64,000 nt of DNA from Bacilli bacterium (GTDB lineage Bacteria; Bacillota_I; Bacilli_A; RFN20; CAG-288): assembly GCA_017470005.1 (NCBI GenBank), contig JAFUFH010000086.1, positions 15,881 through 79,880 on the forward strand, in the 5' to 3' direction. Made by a program: the position numbers and the translations under genes. How positions within the stretch are numbered: position 1 is the stretch's first letter; each line of letters starts with the position of its first letter. Shown in pieces: positions 46,447 through 54,414 of this stretch. The notes beneath the pieces were generated by a model. That model had not been told where the DNA came from. It did not search any database and worked only from the letters and a program-made list of their open reading frames with translations.

Positions 46447-47757
46447 TTCTTGATGGGGTTTTAAGAGATAAATAGAGAGAATGAAGATATCATCTTTTAA
46501 AGAAACATGGATACCGCCCTCATATTTTTCGGCGATCTGTTGAATGCTTCTCATACCGTATCCATGATACCCAGGATCCACCTTCTTTGTGGTCTCTGGT
46601 AACCCGTCTTTGATGATAGGATGTTCGCTAGTGAAGTTGATGGTGTTGATATAGATGAAGTCTCCTTTCTCTTCCATGATGATAGAGATGCACCTCTTTG
46701 AAGATTGCTCAATCTTATCCACCGCTTCAATGGAATTATCGAGAGCATTTCCAAACAGAGAGAAGATATCCACAGGGGACATGAAGGAGAGAACTTGAGC
46801 ATCTCCCATGAAGGTCATGGAGATATTCTTAGCGATACAGGTGAGAGACTTTTCATTGAGAATGGTATCTAAGCCATCGATACCGGTCTGATACATACCG
46901 TCATAAATATCGAGATTCTTTTTGATGTTATCGATCTCTTCTTTGGAGATCTTATTCTCTAAGGCTAAAATTTGATGCTTGAGATCGTGGAATTTGATAT
47001 TGAGAATATCGATGTTTTCTTTTCTTAATTCATATTGCCTTTTGGTGTCTTCAAAGAGTTTCTTTCTGGTTTGACTCTCCGCGGAGACTTGAATGAATTT
47101 GTTTAAGAAGAACATGATGAAGAGAGAGAGGAAACAACAAGTTATCGCGTATAAACTACCAGCGACCGTGTAATAAAGGTTGTCGAAGATAAGTGCTCTT
47201 TGGTAGAAACGGGTGATACCGATACAGATGAGAATGATGATAGAGGAGATGATGATCAGTCTAGGATCATAATTTTCGTAATGTTTTTGTTTTTTTAAGT
47301 AGAAACCCATGGTGAAGAAGAAGAGAAGATAGACGACAATGACAATGATCAGTTCTAAACCGTGAGGAGGATTAAATGTCTTCAATCCTTCATTGAGAGC
47401 AAAGAGTCGATAGACATGATATCCAATGTGTTGAAGGGCGACACCGCCAGAGCAAGAAGATAAGAGAGCAACAAGTGGGATATCAAAGCTGATATACATC
47501 GCGGCCATGGAAACAAAGATGAGCACGAGCAAGAGCAAGAAACGAAGCACGGAAGTATAGGGGCTTGTCATATCCATCTGATAAATCAATAAATAAGAGA
47601 AGTAGGAGATGACCAAACAACAAAGAATCGATAAAGAAAGCCTTAAGGCAAACATCTTTCTTTTAGGAACAAAGAAGAGAAACACGAGTTCTCCTAAGAG
47701 AAGCTCAATCATATAATTGGTGTATTGCCACACCTGCATAAAACTAAAATCGCTCAT
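46444..47757 (-). CDS. GHKL-type sensor histidine kinase of the LytTR-associated (AgrC/VirS-like, HPK10) family, 6-7 TM helices
   Basis: 437 aa. H-box KFHDLKHQILAL, N-box LFGNALDNSIEA, G-box DPGYHGYGMRSI. ATGA overlap with the response regulator. Confidence 0.8.
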   Translation of the reverse strand: MSDFSFMQVWQYTNYMIELLLGELVFLFFVPKRKMFALRLSLSILCCLVISYFSYLLIYQMDMTSPYTSVLRFLLLLVLIFVSMAAMYISFDIPLVALLSSCSGGVALQHIGYHVYRLFALNEGLKTFNPPHGLELIIVIVVYLLFFFTMGFYLKKQKHYENYDPRLIIISSIIILICIGITRFYQRALIFDNLYYTVAGSLYAITCCFLSLFIMFFLNKFIQVSAESQTRKKLFEDTKRQYELRKENIDILNIKFHDLKHQILALENKISKEEIDNIKKNLDIYDGMYQTGIDGLDTILNEKSLTCIAKNISMTFMGDAQVLSFMSPVDIFSLFGNALDNSIEAVDKIEQSSKRCISIIMEEKGDFIYINTINFTSEHPIIKDGLPETTKKVDPGYHGYGMRSIQQIAEKYEGGIHVSLKDDIFILSIYLLKPHQE

Positions 47758-48464
47758 GCTACACCTCCCAAAAACACAGCAAAAGATTTCACGAAGTTTT
47801 TCTTTTGAGAGCGAGAAATCTCAATCTTGATATCATTCTTCAAATGACATTCTGAACCTTTGATGGCCTCGACATAACGCAGATTGACAATGGCTTGTCT
47901 TGAGGCGTAGATGAATTTTTCTTGGCTGACTTTCTTTAAAGCGGAGCCTAAGGAGATATATTCATCTAAATCCCCTTCATTGGTATGATAGGTCACATAG
48001 TGATCATTGACCGAAATGTAATAGATACTCTCACAACGGATAGAATGCATGTCTCCGTTGATATTGATAAGAATACTGGAATTCTTGTTGCGATTTAAAC
48101 GATTCAAAGGACGAGACATCTTCAATAAGAATTCTTCTTTTTGAATCGGTTTAATCAAAAAGTCTAAGGCTTCCACCTCATATCCTTTCAATACAAATTG
48201 GGCCATCTTGGTTTCAAAAATCAATAAAACATTGGAATCGATCGCTCTCAATCGATGAGCGGCAGCGATTCCATCCTCTCCTGGCATTTCAATATCCATA
48301 AAGATAAGGTCGAATTGACATTTAAAATCAAAGAAGAAAGCTTCCGAAGAAGGATATTCGTCGATACAAAAATCGACTCCCCTTTGTGAAGAAACATAAT
48401 CTAAGGCTTGCTTTAGATTTTCGCGTTCTTCTTCTAAGTCGTCAACAATAGCAACATGTATCAT
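47754..48464 (-). CDS. LytTR-family response regulator
   Basis: Receiver domain (IVDD...D) plus a C-terminal LytTR DNA-binding domain (ININGDMHSIRCESIYYISVNDHYVTYHT). Confidence 0.85.
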   Translation of the reverse strand: MIHVAIVDDLEEERENLKQALDYVSSQRGVDFCIDEYPSSEAFFFDFKCQFDLIFMDIEMPGEDGIAAAHRLRAIDSNVLLIFETKMAQFVLKGYEVEALDFLIKPIQKEEFLLKMSRPLNRLNRNKNSSILININGDMHSIRCESIYYISVNDHYVTYHTNEGDLDEYISLGSALKKVSQEKFIYASRQAIVNLRYVEAIKGSECHLKNDIKIEISRSQKKNFVKSFAVFLGGVA

Positions 48465-48571
48465 TTCTTATTACCTGTCTCAATCATAGTGAAAGACAAT
48501 CATTTTTGCAATAAACAAATATTTTTGTAGTAATAAATGCAATGTTTGTATCTTAAAATAAGTAATTTTTG

Positions 48572-48597
48572 CAAAAAAGAGCTCGCGAGGAGCTCTT
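48572..48597 (-). terminator. Terminator after the M6 protease gene (agagctc-gcgag-gagctct + T6)
   Basis: 7-bp stem with a T-run on the minus strand. Confidence 0.6.
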
Positions 48598-48599
48598 CA

Positions 48600-50882
48600 T
48601 TAAGCGATAGAATCAAAGTGAATCGAATAAGAGAAGGTCTTTCCGCAGTTGAATTCCGAATTGTTAAACTGAGCGGAGTAGCTAGATAAAGAGAAGGTGC
48701 TTCCCTTTTGGAAGAAAGAAGAAGCTAACGCTTTATTTTGATTGCTCAACATTCTCTTATCGGCGCTGATGAGACGAATTTCATCCCATGCGTTGGCACT
48801 TTCAGGAAGACTTGTATCATACTTATTCTCTGCTCTTTCTCCCGCTTCGGAATTGCTTATGCCACGGAAGACGCTGTATCTTCCTGTGCTTCTTGCTGCC
48901 GCATCAGGGTCCGTGCACATGGATAAGGCGCCACCAGAATATAACATCAAACGTCCATCCACGTGATAGATTCTTCCTCCCACAGTTTCGATAGGAGATT
49001 GATTATAGCAATCATATCCTTGCTCATAGAGATTGAGATTATTGTAAAGGTCTAAAACCAAATATTCATCGAAAGGATTGAAGACATATTTGTTATCACT
49101 ATTCTTTCTAAGGGTCTTGTCATTGTAAGGGATGACGATGAGAGCATTTCTTTTTTGACAAGAAGGAATCGTGATGGTGCAGTTTCCTGTGACCACATAA
49201 GGAGTGATCCAGTTATATAACATCTTAGAATAGGGATTGTGGTCTCCGTAGTTTTGATCCATCATGTCAAATCCACCCATAGGAGCATAGCCGCTATAAG
49301 AATAAGAATAATAATCGGCAAGACCTAACATGTGACCCGTTTCATGGATACAGACATGGGCGTCACATTCATGATTGACAAAACGACTTTGATATTCACT
49401 TCCATATTGAGAATCCACTAAGAAGGGGAAGGGAATCCATCCATAGTTATTAGTGGTAGGAGAATTGATATTTCCCGTTTGACCAGTGGAATGGTTAAAT
49501 GCCCAAAGCAAATTGCTGTTGCTATCCACTTTATCACTCATTCTCACTAACCACATGCCATCGAGGTAACCATCCGCATTGGAATCGTAATCGGTGGGAG
49601 TGATGTTGTATTTTTCTTGTGCCCAAGTCCATGCGTATTGGACGATAGTGGTGATGTGATTATCTGTGAACTCCTCTACTTTTGTCGGAAGTCCGTTGTA
49701 TCCTTTGATTTGGAAATAATCAGTGACATTTCCGGTGATATTGAGTTGACCAAAGGAAGATTTGTAATAATAAGAGTGGAGGGATTCAAAGTGTAAAGAA
49801 TCGGAGTTTCCAAAGAAAGCTTTATGAATCTTAGACCAGTTATCTTCGGTCATTTGAGCTTCTTCTCCAGGGAAAACAACTGGAACAATCAAGAAGGGAG
49901 TGTCTCCTTTGGTAGGACTGTTGACCTTACCCGTTGCCGCATGTTTGCTCATCCAATCCATGTCACTTTCAATGACCACTTCTTCGGGAGAATAATACCC
50001 TTTATCGGTATTGGACTTGGTAGGGTTAGAAATGGTGACTTGCATCTGATTACTATCTTCATTCCAGACGATGGTGTCATCATCATAGCTGATCGGAGTG
50101 AAGGTGGAATCGGAGATGTTGATGGTAAAGAAAGCAGAGAGTTCTTTCTCATATCCTTGATAAGAGACCGTAACTTTCACACTTCCTGCGGTAGAACAAG
50201 TGTAAGTAGAAGAATAATTTTCGTTACCTACTTTGATGGTCAAATCATCAAAATCAATGAATTCTGAATAATTGGCATCACTTTTGCTATATGCGGTTTT
50301 CTTTGTGATCAGTTGAACTTGTAAACCCGTGAAGTCTAATGCATCACCTACGTGATAATTCAACTTTGTCGGAGCAGTGAGTTGAATGGTTTGATTGAAG
50401 CTAGTGCACTTATCTACAGAGATAGGAATCTCAGAAGAGGTGAAGCCATCTTTACTGACTTCGATAGCAAATTCACCTTCATTCATCAATCTCTCTTCAA
50501 AATTAACTTCTTCTCCGTTGTGAGTCCAGGTGAGAATATAATCATCAATAGCTCGATTGAAGATGACTTTTCCATTCTCCATTCGATATTCGTTGACCAC
50601 CAAGTCTGAGAAATCTAAATGGTCATACTGGTAATAGAAAAGATTCGGAGAGACTTCTACATTCAATCCTTGCTTAACTTCTACAGTAGTGGAGTCATCA
50701 CTCGTGGTGGTAGTGGTAGTTTCAGTTGTGGTTTGATCCTCAGTGGTAGAATCTTCACTAGTAGCTGTAGTATCTTGGGCAGTTGTGGTTTCGTTAGTTT
50801 TTCCACTGACATTGACCACAATTTGACAAGAGCTCAAAGCAAATATAGCTAGAAATGCTAGAGCGAAGGAATGTCTTTTCAT
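48600..50882 (-). CDS. Secreted lipoprotein zinc metalloprotease (M6 / immune inhibitor A-like) with N-terminal Ig-like domains
   Basis: MKRHSFALAFLAIFALSSCQ lipobox. A Thr-rich linker. The HEXXH motif VCIHETGHMLGLADYY. AAGGAG RBS. Its start overlaps the nnr stop. Confidence 0.7.
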   Translation of the reverse strand: MKRHSFALAFLAIFALSSCQIVVNVSGKTNETTTAQDTTATSEDSTTEDQTTTETTTTTTSDDSTTVEVKQGLNVEVSPNLFYYQYDHLDFSDLVVNEYRMENGKVIFNRAIDDYILTWTHNGEEVNFEERLMNEGEFAIEVSKDGFTSSEIPISVDKCTSFNQTIQLTAPTKLNYHVGDALDFTGLQVQLITKKTAYSKSDANYSEFIDFDDLTIKVGNENYSSTYTCSTAGSVKVTVSYQGYEKELSAFFTINISDSTFTPISYDDDTIVWNEDSNQMQVTISNPTKSNTDKGYYSPEEVVIESDMDWMSKHAATGKVNSPTKGDTPFLIVPVVFPGEEAQMTEDNWSKIHKAFFGNSDSLHFESLHSYYYKSSFGQLNITGNVTDYFQIKGYNGLPTKVEEFTDNHITTIVQYAWTWAQEKYNITPTDYDSNADGYLDGMWLVRMSDKVDSNSNLLWAFNHSTGQTGNINSPTTNNYGWIPFPFLVDSQYGSEYQSRFVNHECDAHVCIHETGHMLGLADYYSYSYSGYAPMGGFDMMDQNYGDHNPYSKMLYNWITPYVVTGNCTITIPSCQKRNALIVIPYNDKTLRKNSDNKYVFNPFDEYLVLDLYNNLNLYEQGYDCYNQSPIETVGGRIYHVDGRLMLYSGGALSMCTDPDAAARSTGRYSVFRGISNSEAGERAENKYDTSLPESANAWDEIRLISADKRMLSNQNKALASSFFQKGSTFSLSSYSAQFNNSEFNCGKTFSYSIHFDSIA

Positions 50883-51730
50883 TTGGTTCTCCTTTCTTCT
50901 ATGATTTTTACAATTTCTTCTTTGGCATAAAGAATGTCCACAATGCCAGAAGAATATTGTTTTGCTGCTCTTAAAGCAGCTCTATGTATCATCTCATCCC
51001 CAAAAAGGATGAGGTTTTCTCTTTTCTCTTTCTTTGTTCCATAAGCGAGTAGACCAGCAAGATATCCAGCAAGCCCATCTCCACTTCCCGCCTTAGCTAG
51101 GCCAGGGCAAGGAGGATAACTGCTCTCATACACTTCCCCTTTCTCGTTGACAAGGATAGAGGAAGAACTCTTGAGAAGTATGCTGACACGCTCACTCTTA
51201 CAGAAAGCAATCGTTTCTTCTAAATAATCTTTCGAATCTCTAGATTTCTTATCGACTTGAAGCAGTTTTCTTGCTTCTCCTAAATGAGGAGTCAACAAGA
51301 TATTTCCCTTGTGAGAATGTAAAGCTTCTTTAGAAAGAAGAGATAACCCTGTCGCATCAATGATCAATTCATGCTCGTAAGAGAGTAATAGAGATGTTAA
51401 GAATTCTTGATTCTCTTTGTTTTCTTCCATTCCGTTTCCAAACAAGATACTAGAATACGTTTGATTGAGATCATCCGGATCTTTGGAGAATTCAAAGATT
51501 TGGGTCAGATATAACTTAGAAGCGACGATAGGATAGATTTCTTGAAGAACTTCTACGGCAGTAAATCCAACACCCGAAACTGAGGAAAGAGAAGCGGCGA
51601 GAGAAATGGCGTGAGGATATTTCACGCTTCCTCCGATTAGGCAAGTCTTTCCGTAATCGTTTTTGATGCTATTGTCCTCTCGATTCACATAAAGAAGAGA
51701 GAGGGTATTTTGAAATATTTCGTTTGTCAT
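50879..51730 (-). CDS. nnr: ADP-dependent NAD(P)H-hydrate dehydratase (YjeF C-terminal domain)
   Basis: GKTCLIGGS...LLTPHLGEARKLL...GSGDGLAGYLAGLLA. Confidence 0.8.
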   Translation of the reverse strand: MTNEIFQNTLSLLYVNREDNSIKNDYGKTCLIGGSVKYPHAISLAASLSSVSGVGFTAVEVLQEIYPIVASKLYLTQIFEFSKDPDDLNQTYSSILFGNGMEENKENQEFLTSLLLSYEHELIIDATGLSLLSKEALHSHKGNILLTPHLGEARKLLQVDKKSRDSKDYLEETIAFCKSERVSILLKSSSSILVNEKGEVYESSYPPCPGLAKAGSGDGLAGYLAGLLAYGTKKEKRENLILFGDEMIHRAALRAAKQYSSGIVDILYAKEEIVKIIEERRTK

Positions 51731-52578
51731 TTTTCTTCAGAGAATAACGCCTTGATCTCTTTGGCGTGGTTATCTTTGCACTTGCATCTTTTTTGTTCTT
51801 GTTTAAACTGTCTTTTGATGTGTGTGCGGTTGTGACGAAGAACACTTCGAGTGTATGGGTCGTCTTCTAGCTTGTCATATAATTTCTGTAACACATAGAT
51901 ATGATGACGTACTAAATCCGGACAAGAAGAAAGAGTCGAGCCTTCTCTTTGTCGATAAAGATAGGTGTCATCATTAGCAAAATAAACAGAATTACTGCGA
52001 TAGAAGACTTCCATGATGAACATAAGATCTTCAAAAACAGTGATCTTATATTCAAAATAAACATGATATTTCAAAAGGAAAGAACGTTTGATCAACGTGT
52101 TCCAACAATATCCACAGAAGGTTCTATTGACCACCAACGCTTGTACGGCTTCTCTACTTGTTAACTTTCCTTTTCCAATCGGAGCGACTCTTTTCTCTTT
52201 ATCTCCATAATACAAAGAATGAGCCCCTTGAATAGCTTCAACATCTTGATTCGTGTAGGAATAAAGTTTGGTAAGAGCATCTTTTCTTAACAGATCATCG
52301 CCATCCACAAATAGAACATATTCTCCAGAAGCGTGAAGAATACCTAGATTTCTAGCCATAGAGATCGAGTATGGTTTATCGTAATGGAAATGATAGATCT
52401 TTTCGGGAAATTCTTTTTGATATTTCTCACAAATTTCAAAAGAACCATCCGGACTTGCTGTCTCTACGAGAATGATTTGATAAGGCAACACAAAATCTTG
52501 GTCTAACAAAGACTCAATGCAAGAAGATAAATATTGTCTACTTTCATAGACAGGTACAATGATGGAAATAGCTGTCAT
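51727..52578 (-). CDS. Glycosyltransferase family 2
   Basis: ISIIVPVYESRQYLSSCIESLLDQ...VDGDD (DxD). The start is at ATG 52578, which has TATAAT 10 nt upstream and no SD. The track start is a TTG. Confidence 0.78.
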   Translation of the reverse strand: MTAISIIVPVYESRQYLSSCIESLLDQDFVLPYQIILVETASPDGSFEICEKYQKEFPEKIYHFHYDKPYSISMARNLGILHASGEYVLFVDGDDLLRKDALTKLYSYTNQDVEAIQGAHSLYYGDKEKRVAPIGKGKLTSREAVQALVVNRTFCGYCWNTLIKRSFLLKYHVYFEYKITVFEDLMFIMEVFYRSNSVYFANDDTYLYRQREGSTLSSCPDLVRHHIYVLQKLYDKLEDDPYTRSVLRHNRTHIKRQFKQEQKRCKCKDNHAKEIKALFSEEK

Positions 52579-52623
52579 ATCTAAAAATATTATAAGGCAA
52601 ACTAACAAAAAAGAGGAATAATT

Positions 52624-53328
52624 CTATTCCTCTTCAGAAACAGGGTGAATTCTTTTCTTATATGCGTCAATCATTCGATACAGTCGATATTTACAAGTAG
52701 AGTATGGAAGATTGACAATCTTAGAGATGGTACGAATGGAGTAAGAAGAAAGAAATAACTGGAAGATTTCTCTATCCTGGGAAGGATAAGAAGTTAAGAA
52801 TTGCTCGATATCCACTTTCTGAATGATGTATTTTTGGGGGTTCTCACTTTCTTTATCACACTCGTGAAGGAAACTTTCGTTCTCTAGTCTTATTCGTCTA
52901 CCAAACACCTTTAAATCTAATAGATATCTTTTGGTTTTATTGTAGCGCAATCGCTGTATTTGAAAGAAAAGCATCTTTCTTAATAAATGAACGAATGGGC
53001 CTTGTGTAATCTCATACTTTCTCACCGCCACTTTGCAAGTATCTAACATCAATTGATAGATGTCACTAGCATCATAATGGGTATCTAAAGCCACACGAAA
53101 AGAATAAGCTTTAAACCAACTGTTCAAGCGTTGAAACAACTCGTCAAAAGCTGAGCTGTCTTTCTTAGAGAGGGTAGCAAGCTCATCTAGTCCAACGCCG
53201 ATATATTCGTAACTGATGGGCGGAAATCTCTTATCATATTCCGCCATATTATTTTCTACTCTAATCTGATAAATTCTTTTACTCTCTTCACTGCCTTCAA
53301 TCGCGTAATTTTTGGTTTTGTTTTTCAT
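52624..53328 (-). CDS. Putative divergent sigma-70-family-like transcription factor (region 2 and region 4 HTH-like)
   Basis: 234 aa. The C-terminus IRTISKIVNLPYSTCKYRLYRMIDAYKK resembles a sigma region 4 HTH. The similarity is weak, so the call is tentative. Confidence 0.4.
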   Translation of the reverse strand: MKNKTKNYAIEGSEESKRIYQIRVENNMAEYDKRFPPISYEYIGVGLDELATLSKKDSSAFDELFQRLNSWFKAYSFRVALDTHYDASDIYQLMLDTCKVAVRKYEITQGPFVHLLRKMLFFQIQRLRYNKTKRYLLDLKVFGRRIRLENESFLHECDKESENPQKYIIQKVDIEQFLTSYPSQDREIFQLFLSSYSIRTISKIVNLPYSTCKYRLYRMIDAYKKRIHPVSEEE

Positions 53329-53382
53329 GATAGACAGAAAATACGCTTCCTTTTCACTTCGCTCGTATTCTGTATTTGAAGA

Positions 53383-54114
53383 TTATTTTTTATTTCTGCG
53401 ATAAGAATTGATTTGACTTAAGAAAACCGCACAAGCGATAGATGCATTCAATGCCTTCACTTTTCCGGGTAAAGGAATGGAGGCGATGAAATCGGAATGC
53501 TCACGAACTAGACGAGAGACACCGAATCCCTCAGATCCGACGACAAGGACAATCTTTCCGGAATAATTGATCTGGTCATAGACGTCTTTGCCCTCTCCAG
53601 CAGAGGCGACTACCCAATACCCTTCTTTCTTTAATTCTTCGATGGTTTGAGTCAGGTTTGTCACTTGGATGATGGGAACGATCTCTTCTCCACCTGTAGC
53701 AATCTTAGAGACGGTGGCAGTCACAGGAACTTGACGATTCTTTCCGATGATAATGCCATCGACATCAAAGGCGCAAGAGGAACGGATGATAGAACCGAAG
53801 TTGACCGGGTCTTCTAATCCATCTAATAATACAAGAGTGGAATCTTTCTTCTCTCTGACCATGTCGAGAAGGTCATCTAGCTCCGTGTATTGGAATTGTG
53901 GTAAAGAAGCCGCGACTCCTTGATGATTCTTCCCCTCGGTCATGGTATTGAGAGTGCTAGGAGGAACAAGTTTTACCGCCACAGAATTCTTTCTAGCAAG
54001 AGAAAGAATCTCTTGATCGGGATGATCGGCATGCAAAAAGACACGAATCGGTTTTCTTTTTCCGACCAAAGCATTTTTGACAGGAATTTTTCCAAAGATG
54101 ATGTTGCTATCCAT
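53383..54114 (-). CDS. rlmB: TrmH/SpoU-family 23S rRNA (guanosine-2'-O)-methyltransferase (RlmB-like)
   Basis: SpoU methylase core (VLLDGLEDPVNFGSIIRS ... VVGSEGFGVSRLV ... LNASIACAV). The start is at ATG 54114 (MDSNIIFG...); the longer track ORF is rejected. Confidence 0.8.
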   Translation of the reverse strand: MDSNIIFGKIPVKNALVGKRKPIRVFLHADHPDQEILSLARKNSVAVKLVPPSTLNTMTEGKNHQGVAASLPQFQYTELDDLLDMVREKKDSTLVLLDGLEDPVNFGSIIRSSCAFDVDGIIIGKNRQVPVTATVSKIATGGEEIVPIIQVTNLTQTIEELKKEGYWVVASAGEGKDVYDQINYSGKIVLVVGSEGFGVSRLVREHSDFIASIPLPGKVKALNASIACAVFLSQINSYRRNKK

Positions 54115-54414
54115 GACTGTTCTCCTAACTATTAACAATATATCATGTTTCTTCTTAAACTGGGAAATCCCTTTTTCATAAACAAACATGAAAAGGCCCG
54201 AATTCTTCGACTTTTTCCATTTTTATGTCAAAGGAATGTCAAAAAAATAAGCATTACATATTAACGCAATGTCACTTTGTTTTCAACAAAAGGAAATCTT
54301 TGACAAAAAGAGAAAAGGAATCCATTCCATTCTTTAAGAGACATTAATCTCCCTAAGAGAAGAGAGAATGACAAATGAGAGAAAATCCTTTCTAAAATAG
54401 TTTATAATAAATAC

